Assembly: GCF_030028105.1 (NCBI RefSeq)
Contig: NC_092384.1
Span: 12,612,316-12,676,315, forward strand
Reading direction: 5' to 3'
Source: Mobula birostris
Taxonomy: Eukaryota
DNA: 64,000 nucleotides
Part shown: positions 12,571 to 24,005 of the stretch, piece after piece
Layout of the letters: every line of letters starts with the position of its first letter
Position numbering within the stretch: the first letter of the stretch is position 1
Notes under the pieces: model-generated
The model's input: only the letters and a program-made list of their open reading frames with translations
What the model was told of the DNA's origin: nothing
The model's database searches: none
Made by a program: the position numbers and the translations under genes

Positions 12571-13700
12571 GAAATATGGAAACATAGAAAACCTACAGCA
12601 CAATACAGACCCTTCTTCCCACAATAATGGGCCGAACATACACTTAATTTAGAAATTGCCTAGGGTTTTCCATAGCCCTCTATTTTTCTAAGCTCCGTGT
12701 ACCTATTAAAAGAATCCATTAAAGAGTCTATTAAAAGCCCTATCACTTCCACCTCCAACGACATTGGTTGCAGCCCAGTCCACGCACTCACCACTTTCTG
12801 CATAAAACTTACCCGTCACATCTCCTCTGTACCTTCTTCCAAGCACCTTAAAAGTATGCACTATTGTGTTAGCCATTTCAGCCCTGGTAAACCCACTGAC
12901 TATCCACACGATCAATGCCTCTCATCATCTTATACATCTCTATCAGGTCACCACTCATTTCCCGCCGACCCAGGAGAAAACACCGAGTTCACTATTCTCA
13001 GAAGGCATGCTCCCCAATCCAGAGAACATCCTTGTAAATCTCTTCTGCACACTTTCTATGGTTTCTACATTCTTCCTCCAGTGAGGTGACCAGAACTGAG
13101 CACAGTCCTCCAAGTGGGGTATGACCAGGGTCCTATATAGCTGCAACATTACCTCTTGGCTGCTAAACTCAATCTCACGGTTGATGAAGGCCAATGGACC
13201 GTATGCCTTCTTAACCACAGAGTCAACCTGCGCAGCAGCTTTGAGTATCATATGGACTCAGACCCAAGAACCCTCTGATCCTCCACACTGCCAAAAGTCT
13301 TGCCATTAATAGTATATTCTGCCATCATATTTGACGTACATCACACTTATCTGGGTTGAACTCCATCTGCCATTTCTCAGCCCAGTTTTGCATCCTATCA
13401 ATTTCTTGCTGTAACCTCTGACAGCCCGCCGCACTATTCACAACTTCCCCAAACTTTGTGTCATTAGCAAATTTACTGATCCAAACCTCCACTTCCTCAT
13501 CCAAGTCATTTATAAAAAAATTACGAAGAGAAGGCGTTCCAGAACTGATCCCTGAGGCACACCACCGGTCACCGACCTCCATGCAGAATATGACCCGTCT
13601 GCGACCACTCTTTGTCTTCTGTGAGCAAGCCAATTCTGGATCCACAAAGCAAGTTGCCCTTGCTGAAATCTATATACACTGCATATACTGCTCTACCTTC
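12571..13700 (-). mobile_element. CR1 3' fragment in intron 2 of copy 1
   Basis: FINDLDEEVEVWISKFANDTK and LYRTLVIPHLEDCAQFWSP; absent in copies 2 and 3. Confidence 0.88.
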
Positions 13701-13869
13701 AATAAATAAAGGGCGATCAGGCATGTAAATGGTATGGCGTTGACTGCTGGCGAATTTGAAAACGATACATGATTTTCAACCACGTCTGTACAGAATATTT
13801 TTATTGTAAAGCAGATTCCATACTCATTTTCACATAATTGAACTGTAGTTTGCTTGCCACAATCTGTGT

Positions 13870-14045
13870 GCTACCCTTTAAGTTCTTGATTAGCCAGGGC
13901 ATCAAAGGTTATGGGGAGAAAGCAGAAGAATAGGTATGACTGGAAGAATTGGATCAGTCCATGATTGAATGGCGGAGCAGACTCGATGGGCCGGATGGGC
14001 CGAATGGCCTACTTCTGCTCCTGTATCTTATGGGCTTATGGTCTT
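13870..14045 (+). mobile_element. Short CR1 3'-end fragment
   Basis: gatgggccgaatggcctacttctgctcctgtatcttatgg is a CR1 terminal motif. Confidence 0.65.
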
Positions 14046-14296
14046 TCTCAAGGTTATTTTGTTAAATCTTTAGACGCCGTAAAATACAATATGAATATCA
14101 GAAGTGGTGTTATTGAGACACAGCAGATGATGTCGTCTAATATGAATCAGGGTCATGAATTATTAGCGGATATAGATCGTATTAAAAACATTTCTTCACA
14201 TGCATACATCATAGTTAATGAATCTAAGGATAATTTAAGGGAAATACTTCAATATCGCAAAGTCATTTAACATTTTTTCCATTATCTGTTCCACAG

Positions 14297-14599
14297 CAGT
14301 ACCAACTCAATTGAAGATTTTCGCGAAAAAGCATTCAACTACCGCCTTGATTATTGTGTGTGAAACAGCTGCATTTTATCCCAAGGACTTCTCGCTTACC
14401 TGGTATAAAAATGGTGTTGAAATAGTTTTGGGCACGCAGACTAATATAAAGAAGAACACCGAAGGTCTTTATGAGGTTTGGAGCAACTTGACAGAGATGC
14501 AGCCAGACAAGATCGGCAGAAATTATACCTGCATTGTATCTCATGTCTCGCTCAATACTTCAGCGGTGACAGTCTATTCTATTTCCAAATCTAACCAAG
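14297..14599 (+). CDS. Receptor copy 1, exon 3 (C1-set Ig domain)
   Basis: Acceptor ccacag/cag and donor g/gtacga, 303 nt open. IVCETAAFYPKDFSLTWYKNG..EGLY..YTCIVSHVSL carries the C1 hallmarks FYP and CxVxH. Confidence 0.92.
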
Positions 14600-15039
14600 G
14601 TACGAGGGCATGTCCTGCTACTTTATATATATACAAAATGCTATCACTGTTTGTCAGTGGTCGTGAGGAAAAGTCACCTTAATTCATTTAAGTGCAGAGT
14701 TTTGTTGACGGGCTTTTATTTAATATCGACTTCCATGTATTGCAAAATAGACAGCAATACATCCACTGTCCTGTGACTGGTGTTTATATCTAAACTCTTT
14801 TGTATGTTTTAGAAATTGGTAAACAAGTTTATTTATTTTAATAATTTGCATTACCACCCACGTATATTGATGCTTCTTCTGTGTACCAGTTGAAAAAAAA
14901 CATTTAATCTTTACAAGTTGCTCCGTTCCTTTCAGTTGCACAGTTTGCAGGAGCTTTCGTTTTACCTGGAGCTTCTATCAGTTTTCTACCCTGACCATGT
15001 TAAATCTCTCAATTCCAATCCTCCATCGACACCTCAGAA

Positions 15040-15040
15040 G

Positions 15041-15072
<32 letters not shown>
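15040..15072. repeat. (CG)n(CA)n microsatellite in intron 3 of copy 1
   Basis: Read directly; homologous tract at 42081-42140. Confidence 0.95.
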
Positions 15073-15073
<1 letters not shown>

Positions 15074-15523
15074 TCCACACTCAGCTCAGCTCCCACCGGA
15101 CGTAAACCATTGCTCCATTGCTATTCACTTACGAACATTTCCGGTACATATTTCTAAAGTACTACTCTTCCAAAATAAAGATTGTGACCTTCGACGTTTG
15201 CATTTCAATGAACGGTGGCTACAGGCTACAAGTTAAGAAATTATCAATCTCCGAATGAGAAAATGTCTTCCAGCTTCACCCTGTCCACCGGCAATCATCT
15301 TATAAAATGCAGTCTAGTAGCCTTGAGTTATCAGGCACTTCAGGGCAATTCAAAATCGTTCATCTGACCAATATAAGAATAACTTCACTGTTTATCTTGC
15401 TCAACAAGTAACATTACTCTTCCTTTAACGCTGTCCTGCTTATTTTCACTCCAATTGCCACAACCAGCAAAAACACCAACAGCTACCATTCCCTCCTTCT
15501 ATAAAAAGAGAATTATGTACTTA

Positions 15524-16970
15524 GAAGAAAGACATACAAGACTCACCACTCTCTGCATAAAACAAGGTACCCCTGTCATCTCCTCTGTACCTTCTTCCAA
15601 GCACCTTAAAACTATGCCCTTTCGTGCTAGCCATTTCAGCCCTCGGAAAAAGCCTCTGACTATCCACACGATCAATGCCTCTCATCATCTTATACACCTC
15701 TATCAGGTCACCTCTCATCCTCCGTCGCTCCAAGGAGAAAAGGCTGAGTTCATTCAACCTATTCTCATAAGGCATGCTCCCCAATCCAGACAATATCCTT
15801 GTAAATCTCATCTGCACCTTTTCTGTGGTTTCCACGTCCTTCCTGTAGTGAGGCGACCGGAACTGAGCAAAGTACTCAAAGTGGGGTCTGACCAGGGTCC
15901 TATATAGCTGCAACATTACCTCCCGGCTCTTAAACTCAATCCCACGGTTGATGAGGACCAATGCACCGTATGCCTTCTGAACCACAGAGTCAACCTGTGT
16001 AGCAGCTTTGAGTGTCCTGTGGACTCAGACCCTAAGATCTCTCTGATCCTCCACACTGCCAAGAGTCTTACCATGAATGCTATATTCTGCCATTATATTT
16101 GACCTCCCAAAATGAACAACCTCACACTAATCTGGATTGAACTCCATCTGCCACTTCTCAGCCCAGTTTTCATCCTATCGATGTCCCCCGTATCCTCTGA
16201 TAGCCCTCCACACTATCCACAACACCCCCAACCTTTGTGTCAGCAGCAAATTTACTATCCTATCCCTCCACTTCCTCATCCACGTCATTTATAAACATCA
16301 CGAAGAGTAGGGGTCCCAGAACAGATCCCTGCAGTATATCACTGCTCACCGACTTCCATTCAGAATAATCCTCCTCACTTTCTAAATAAGCCTTGCATGG
16401 GGTACTTTATCAAATGCCTTGCTGAAACCCATATACACTGCGTCTATGGTTCAATGCGTTTAGTCACATCCTCAATAAATTCAATCAACCTCATAAGACC
16501 TGCCTTTGACAAAGCCATGCTGACTATTCCTAATCATTTTATGCCTCTCCAAATGTTCATAAATCCTGTCTTTCAGGATCTTAATCAACTTACCTAACAC
16601 TGAAGTATGACTCACTGGTCTATAATTTCCTGGGAGATCTCTACTCCCTTTCTTGAATAAGGGAACAACAACCACAACCCTCAAATCCTCCGGTACCTCT
16701 CCCATCCTCATTGATGATGCAAAGATCATCACCAGACGCTCAGAAATCTCCTCCCTCGCTTCCCACAGTAGCCGGTGACTTATCCAACTTTATGTTTTCC
16801 AAAAGCTCCAGCACACACTCTTCCTTAATATCTACATGGGCAAGCTTTTCAGTCCGCTGCAGCCATCCCTACAGTCACTGAGATCCTTTTCCGTAGTGAA
16901 TATTGAAGCAAAGTATTCGTTAAGTACCTCTGCTATCTCCTCCGGTTCATACATACTTTTCCACTGTCAC
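15524..16970 (-). mobile_element. CR1 fragment in intron 3 of copy 1, flanked by ACTTA repeats
   Basis: RT C-terminal ORFs (15521-15985, 16481-16732); actta at 15519-15523 and 16971-16975; absent in copy 2. Confidence 0.88.
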
Positions 16971-17014
16971 ACTTAACCACAGCTTCCATAATGTATACTC
17001 TGACAAACTTCCAG

Positions 17015-17128
17015 GTTCCTCTGACAAATCTCTTTCCATTTGGGTTTCTGGTGGTACATTGGCTGGATTTGTGATTTTACTGCTAATGTTCATCATTCGG
17101 ACGCGGTGCCGAAAGCAGGAAAGGAAGG
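17015..17128 (+). CDS. Receptor copy 1, exon 4 (stalk and uncharged transmembrane segment)
   Basis: cttccag/ to g/gtaaga, 114 nt: GSSDKSLSIWVSGGTLAGFVILLLMFIIRTRCRKQERK; paralog at 42639-42752. Confidence 0.88.
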
Positions 17129-17267
17129 GTAAGATTTAAATATCGTTTTCCAAATCCACAAGCAGGATACTACTACAAGAAAACTACTTGAGCAACTTCC
17201 TCCAGGACAGCATGATCGTCGCAGGAGCTTCAATAGTCTGTTTTGCCTGTATTGTTTGGGTCACATA

Positions 17268-17830
17268 TAGTGCCTATAAAAAGTATTTACCTCCACGCCT
17301 GGAGTTTTAATGTTTTATTGTCTTACAACATTGGATCACAGTGGATTTAATTTGTCTTTTTTTTGACATTGAAACAACAACAAAAAAAGACTCTTTCATG
17401 CCAAAATAAAAACAATACTCTGCAAAGTGATCTAAATTAATTACAAGTAAAACACACAAAACAATTGCTTGCATAAATAATGTGGGGATGGTGTGCTTTT
17501 GATGATGTGCAGTGTTTCGCTTACTCCAAACATAGCGTTTAGTCTGATGGCTAGAAAGCGCAATTTTGGTTTTATCAAACCATAGCGTTTTCTTCCAGCT
17601 GCCGTCAGAGTCTCCCACGTTCGTTCACCCACTTCAAGTCAATATTTACTGGATGCACCTTTGTCAGCAATTACAGCCTTGAGTCTGTGTGGATAGCTGT
17701 CTATCAGCATTGCACATCTGGACACTGCAATTTTCCCCATTCTTCAAACTCTGTCAGATTGCATGGGGATCATGAATGACAGCCCTTTTCAAGTCCACTC
17801 ACAAATTTTCAATTGGATTCGGCCTGTTGT
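17268..17830 (-). mobile_element. Tc1/mariner remnant with one terminal inverted repeat
   Basis: TA followed by tagtgcctataaaaagtatttac (Tc1-type end); WKKTLWFDKTKIALSSHQTKRYVWSKRNTAHHQKHTIPT resembles the Tc1 W-S-D-E-T-K region. Confidence 0.78.
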
Positions 17831-17889
17831 GTGTTCTGCTTGATCTGACAGGATGCCAATTGATCCGATGTTCCAACTGATTTCCTTGT

Positions 17890-18470
17890 AACAAGGTACG
17901 CTCACCATTCTCCTGCTAATAACACACACTTCAGGAAATTTAGAATTACAACTTCAGCTAACCTGCATGAGTTTGAATGAGGAAGAACGCCATGAGTAGA
18001 GTGGGTGCGATCCTTCAGGATGGTAATCGCCTTTTTTCGGCACCTTATTGTACGTATCTGTGCCGGTGAAGTGTTGCCTGTTTTTGACTTCCCATTGTAG
18101 AGACGTCCTATCCAGCACCAGTGCAGGTTCTGTACCCTGCAGTGATGCAACATGTTTGCATTTCCTTTACTGTGTATCTGCAGAAGGACGTAAGTATAGA
18201 TGTGCATACGCCAGCTCCCTCAGACTCCTCGGAGTGTAGAGCAGTTGGTGAGCTTTCCTGCTTCTGTAGGATGTTCTGGAACCATGAGAGCTTGGGTAAG
18301 ATGTGCACACCCATGAGCTTGAAACTTTCCCCTTTGTAAAGAGTGGTGTGAGCGTTGCAAGTTTATCTGAAGCCCTCGGCCATTTCCTTTATATTGTTGA
18401 CATCACTGAAGCAGTTATTTGCCTGGCTCCAGGCCCCAAGCTCTTCCACTTCTTAACTATCTGAGGTCTT
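17890..18470 (-). mobile_element. L2-clade LINE 3' remnant
   Basis: SILTSFCRYTVKEMQTCCITAGYRTC resembles the L2 FYRCTVESILT.CIT.WYG.C motif seen at 36357-36689 and 58105-58470. Confidence 0.65.
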
Positions 18471-18479
18471 TTAAATCAG

Positions 18480-19970
18480 GAAGTCCAACAACAATTATTC
18501 ATCCAGGTCATTTATAAAAATCACGAAGAGTAGGGGTCCCAGAACAGATCCCTGAGGCATACCATTGGTCACCGACCTCCATGCAAAACATGACCCATCT
18601 ACAACCACTCTTTGCGTTCCGTGGGTAAGCCAGTTCTGGATCCACGAAGTAATTTACCCTTGGATCCCATGCCTCTTTACTTTCTCAGTAAGCCTTGCAT
18701 CGGGTACCTTGTAAATTGCCTTGCTGAAATCCATATACGCATTACATCTACTGCTGTACCATCGTCAATGTGTTCAGTTGCATCCTCAAAAAATTCAGTG
18801 AGGCTCATAACGCATGAGCTGCCTTTGACAAAGCCATGCTGACTATTCCTAATCTTATTATGCCTCTCCAGATGTTCATAAATCCTGCCTCTCAGGATCT
18901 TCTCCATCAACTTACCAACCACTGAAGTAAGTCTCACTGGTCGGTTATTTTCTGGGCTATCTCTACTCCCTTTCTTGAATAATGGAATAACATCCGCAAC
19001 CCTCTAGTCCTCCGTAACATCTCCCGTCCCCACTGATGATGCAAAACCATCGGCAGAGGCTCAGTAATCTCCATCCTCGCTTCCCACAGTAGCCTGGAGT
19101 ACATCTTGTTCAGTCATGGTGACACCCAACTTGATGCTTTCCAAAAGCTCCAGCACACCCACTTAATTAATGTGTACATGCTCAAGCTTTTAAGTCCACT
19201 ACAAATCATCCCTACAGTCGCCAAGATGCTTTTCCGTAGTGAACACTGAAGGAAAGTACTCATTAAGTACCTCTGCTATCTCCTCCGTTTCCATACATAT
19301 TTTTCCACTGTCACACTTAATTGGTCCTATTCTCTCACGTCTTATCCACTTGCTCTTAACATACTTGTAGAATTCCTTTTGGGTTTTCCTTAATCCTGTC
19401 CACCAAGGCCTTCTCATGGCCCCTTCTGGCTCTCCTAATTTCGTTCTTGAGCTCCTTCCTGCCAGCCTGATAATCTTCTTGCTCTCTATCATCTCCTAGC
19501 TTTTTGAACCTTTCGTAAGCTCTTCTCTTCTTGACTAGATTTATTACAGCCTTTGTACACCACGGCCCCTGTACCTTACCATATCTTTCCCTGTCTCATT
19601 GAAAAGTGCTTATGCAGAACTCCATGCAAATATCCCCTGAACATTTGCCACATTTCTTCCGTACATTTTCCTGAGAACATCTGTTCCCAATTTATACTTC
19701 CAAGTTCCTGCCTGATAGCCTCATATTTCCCCTGACTACAATTAAACGCTTTTCTAACTAGTCTGTTCCTATCCCTCTCCAATGCTATTTTAAAGGAGAT
19801 AGAGTTGTGATCCCGGTCTCCAAAGTGCTCTCCTACTGAGAGATCTGACACCTGACCAGGTTTATTTCCCAATATGAGATCAAGTACAGCCTCTCTTCTT
19901 GTAGGCTTATCTATGTATGACAACCTTTGTGGTTCTGCTGCTCAACTTCCGTCCTAACTACCTGTAGTCT
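18480..19970 (-). mobile_element. CR1 ORF2 fragment
   Basis: LTSVVGKLMEKILRGRIYEHLE..QHGFVKG and PTRREAVLDLILGN. Confidence 0.88.
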
Positions 19971-19974
19971 ACCT

Positions 19975-20614
19975 TAGATTAGATTAGATTATGAGGACAC
20001 GCAGTGCTCTTTTATTGTCATTTAGTAATGCATGCATTAAGAAATGATACAATGTTTCCCCGGAATGATATCAAAGAAACAAATGACAAAACGACTGAAA
20101 AACTGACAAAATCACATAATTATAACATATAGTTACAACAGTGCAAAGCAATACCTTAATTTGATAAAGAACAGACCATGGCATGGTAAAAAGTCTCAAA
20201 GTCTCTCGAAAGTTCCATCATCTGACGCAGACAGTGAACCTCCAGCGCCGCGAACTTGCCGATGCAGCGTCCTGGAAGCATCCGACCACAGTCCGACTCC
20301 GAGTCCGTCCGAAAACTCCGAGCCTCCGACCAGATCTCCGACACCGAGCACCGAGCACCAACTCTGCCAAGCGCTTCGACCCCGGCCCCGGCAACAGGCA
20401 ATAGGCAAAGCAAGGATTTGGGGCCTTCCCCTCCGGAGATTCTCGATCGCACAGTAGCAGCAGCAACGAAGTGGGCATTTCAGAAGTTTCTCCAGGTGTT
20501 CCCCTGTGCTTCTCACGGCTGTCTCCATCAAATCAGGTCTGAAGCACGGCATCCTAGTTAACACATACGATATCATTCTGAACGGCCGTGAGCGCTGCGC
20601 CGCGCCGCCATCTT
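19975..20614 (-). mobile_element. Non-autonomous retroposon-like repeat (GC-rich aagatggcg 5' end, short tandem tail)
   Basis: (agatt)n tail at the left, reverse complement of aagatggcggcgcgg at the right; similar 5' motifs at 23291 and 34202. Confidence 0.45.
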
Positions 20615-20629
20615 CTCCCTCCAGAGACC

Positions 20630-22960
20630 TCCTCCATTTTTCTGCTTATGTCTTTGGTACCAATATGTACCACGACCTCTGGCCGTCCTCCTTCTTACTT
20701 CAGGATATCTTTACGTGATCGGAAACATGCCGGACCCTGGCACCTAGGAGCTAAACTATCACCCGTGCTTCTTTCCTGCGTCCACGGAATCGCCTGTCTG
20801 ACCCCGTAACTATAGAGTCCCCTATCACTGCTGCCATCCTTTTCCTTTTCCTACCCTTCTGAGCCACAGGGCCAGACTCTGTGCCATAAACGCAGCCAAT
20901 GTTGCTTCCCCCAGGTAGGCCATCACCTCCCCCCCCCCCACTAAAAGTACTCAAGCAGGAGTACTTATTAAGAAGGAGTACAGCCACAGGGGTGCTCTAA
21001 ATAAACATAGAAAACCTATAGCACAATAGAGGCCATTCGGCCCACAACGCTCTGCCACAACTATCGTCAGAGGCTTTTTCCCAGGGATGAAATAGCTAGC
21101 ACGAGAGGGCATAGTTTTAAAGTGCTTGGAAGCAGGTATAGAGGAGTTGTCGGTGTAAGTTTTTTATGCAGATAGTGTTGAGTGCATGAAATGGGCTGCG
21201 GGCGGCGGCGGTGGAGGCGGAAACGAGAGGGTCTGTTCAGAGACTACTGGATGGATACATGGAGCTAAGATAAATAGAGGGCTATCGGTAAGCCTAGGTA
21301 ATTCTAAGGTATGAGCATGTTCACCCCAGCTTTGTGGACCGAAGGGCCTGTATGGTGCTGTAGGTTTTCTATGTTTCTGTGTTTCAATCCACACAATCAA
21401 TGGCTCTCATTATTTTGTACACCACTATCAGGTCACCGCTCATTCTCCGTCACTCCAAGGAAAAAAGGCCGAGTTCACTCAACCTATTCTCATAAGGCAT
21501 GCTTCCCAATCCAGGCAACATCCTTATAAATCTCCTATGTACCCTTTCTATGGTTTTCACGTCCTTCCTGTAGTGAGGCGACGAGAACTGAGCACAGTAC
21601 TCTAAGTGGGGTCTAACCCAGGTCCAATATAGGTACAACATTACCTCTCGGCTCTTAAACTGAATCCCACGGTTGATGAAGGCCAAAGCACCATATGCCT
21701 TCTAAACCACAGAGTCAACCTGTGTAGCAGACTTGAGTGTCCTATCGACTCAGACCCCAAGATCCCTCTGATTGTCCACACTGCCAAGAGTCTTACCATT
21801 AAGACTATATGCTATATTCTTCATGCTATATGCTATTTTTGACCTACCGAAATGAACCACCTCACACTTATTGGGGTTGAATTCCATCTGCCACTTCTCA
21901 GCCCAGTTTTGCATCATATCAGTGTCCCGCTGTAAACTCTGACAGCCCTCCACACTATCCACAATACCCCCAACTTTTGTGTCATCAGCAAATTTACTAA
22001 CCAATCCTTCCACTTCCTCATACACGTCATTTATAAAAATCACAAAGAGTAGGGGTCTCAGCGCGATTCACTGCAGCAAAAACAACTGAATAAAGTATAT
22101 TCCCTCAACTAATTTTCTGCAATTCAGAGCATTTTGTAAACTTTTACTGCGGCCAATCTTACATGCCTTCTTCGAGCTGTGCTCCTGTAATAAATTCGAT
22201 CAATTGATCTCCTTTCGCACTTGAAATTTGTCGGTTTTGGTTTTGATTTTGGTTTTGATCCCTGAGGCACAGCGCTGGTCACCGACCTCCATACAGAATA
22301 TGACCCTCCTACAGTCACACTTTTCCTTCTGTGGGCAAGCCAGTTCTCGATCCACAAAGTAATGTCCTCTTGGATCCCATGCCTTAAAACTTACTCAATA
22401 AGCTTTGCAAGGGTTACATTATCAGATGCCTTGCTGAAATCCATATACACTACATCTACTGCTCTACCTTCATCAATGCTCTCTAGCCTCTGAATCCTGC
22501 CCTTCCCTCTCCTGACTGTTACCCAATTATTTGTCTCTCCAAGCCCTGGTGTGCCTATAGCTCCTCTCTATCACCTCCTCACTCTCCCTGACCAGACAAA
22601 GATAATTGAGCTCCATCTCCAGTTCCCTAAGACGATCCCTAAGTAGCTGCAGCTCGACTCACCAGGCGCAGATGTGGCCGTCTGGGAGGCTGAGAGTTTC
22701 CCGGACATCCACATCCTTGACAACTCGTCTGACTCCTTCGTCACCTCGGCCGGCTTCGCCGCCGATACCAGTCCAGCTACTCCGATCAACGAGAAGCTCA
22801 CTGAAGGAGTAGCCTTGCAGTACCCGAAGTTCTTGGGCAGAATTGGCTTTGGATCGTAAAAGACAAATTTTACAAAGACGAAAGAACCTTTGGTTGGCCC
22901 CCGAGTGCCCACTGCATTCGCACGCGCCAATCTTACAATTGGACAAAGATCATAAACTGA
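20630..22960 (-). mobile_element. Composite of CR1 pieces (ORF1 VIGDSIV motif, RT 3' ends, ORF1 N-terminus)
   Basis: MAAVIGDSIVTGSDRRF, FINDVYEEVEGLVSKFADDTK, VRETLSLPDGHIC; one short plus-strand 3' end at about 21060-21370. Confidence 0.8.
22057..22245 (+). repeat. 189-bp direct repeat, copy A (copy B at 23056-23244)
   Basis: Read directly; 3 mismatches seen between the copies. Confidence 0.95.
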
Positions 22961-23055
22961 TAAATGAAAAAGTCCTAAGACTTTTCTAGCCTTCCTTCCC
23001 TTCTGTGTGTCCTTCACTTTTCATTATTATAATCCGAAGTTTCGTTATGTCTACG

Positions 23056-23244
23056 CTCAGTGCGATTCACTGCAGCGAAAACAACTGAATAAAGTATATT
23101 CCCTCAACTAATTTTCTGCAATTCAGAGCATTTTGTAAACTTTTACTGCGGCCAATCTTACATGCCTTCTTCGAGCTGTGCTCCTGCAATAAATTCGATC
23201 AATTGATCTCCTTTCGCACTTGAAATTTGTCGGTTTTGGTTTTG
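23056..23244 (+). repeat. 189-bp direct repeat, copy B (probable donor)
   Basis: Matches 22057-22245. Confidence 0.95.
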
Positions 23245-23364
23245 GCATTCAGTTTCCTAACGCTAATAGAAGATAAGGACCCTTAACGGTAAGATGGTGG
23301 CGCGTTCAGATGTAGCGGCCCTTAGGCAGCCAACCAAATGTACTTTTTTTTTCTATCTTAAATG

Positions 23365-24005
23365 TGTCCTAGAGCTGGAGAGATGCAAGAAGAGTACGGC
23401 TGGCACAGATTTGAGGAAGGCCATCACCTGCATCAAAGAGGGAGCCAGTCCTTTGGTAACCAAACAACCAAATCCCAATCTGCTGTCAATGGCCAGGTCC
23501 TGGGAGATGAGGGTCGATGTGGGAAGGAGGTTGCAGTTCCCGGATGTGGTGCACACAATCCCACGCCCGGACATTGTACTGTGGTCAACCGAAGACAAGA
23601 AAATAATTCTGGTTGAGCTGACTGTGCCGTGGGAGGAGGGATGGGAAGAGGCCCACGAGAGAAAGCCCTTGAAGTACCAGCCCTTAGTGCAGGAGTGTAA
23701 AGACCAGGGATGGCAGGATGGTTGTTCCCTGTGGAGATCGGCTGCAGAGGTTTCCCAGCCAAATCAGCATGGCTGTTGTTGTCAGATCTGGGCCTGGACG
23801 AAAGGAGCAAAAAACAAGCATCTGGTAGGATGGGGGAAGAGGCAGAACGAGCCTCTTGTTGGATTTGGCGTAGGCGAGAGGAGGGGAGCTGGAAGCCAGG
23901 AGCAGATGGGCAGTGATTTGGCCACTACTGCCCGCCCACCAACAGGAGAGTGTCGTGGTTAAGGGTCGGAACACTCTGTGAAGGTTGGGAAACACGTGAT
24001 GACAT
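23365..24005 (+). mobile_element. 3' fragment of a restriction-like-endonuclease non-LTR retrotransposon (R2 group, Hero/NeSL-like)
   Basis: RPDIVLWSTEDKKIILVELTVPWEE..AHERKPLKYQPLVQEC..GW, then after a frameshift FPVEIGCRGF: a PD-(D/E)xK REL domain. Confidence 0.8.

Larger units (their letters stand above)
6627..17220 (+). repeat. Tandem segmental duplication unit 1 (homologous to 35954-42840 and partly to 60835-62253)
   Basis: Colinear blocks upstream (gaaggatatctgcacc / gaaggctatctgcatcc; gctgatgttttactttg), in the promoter, exons and introns. Confidence 0.9.

Noticed and set aside
9687-14599. Calling the genes Ig light chain, TCR or IgNAR
   Set aside because: There are no RSS or separate J segments, the J motif is not FGxG/WGxG, and a single C1 is followed by an ordinary TM exon. 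No gene symbol is assigned.
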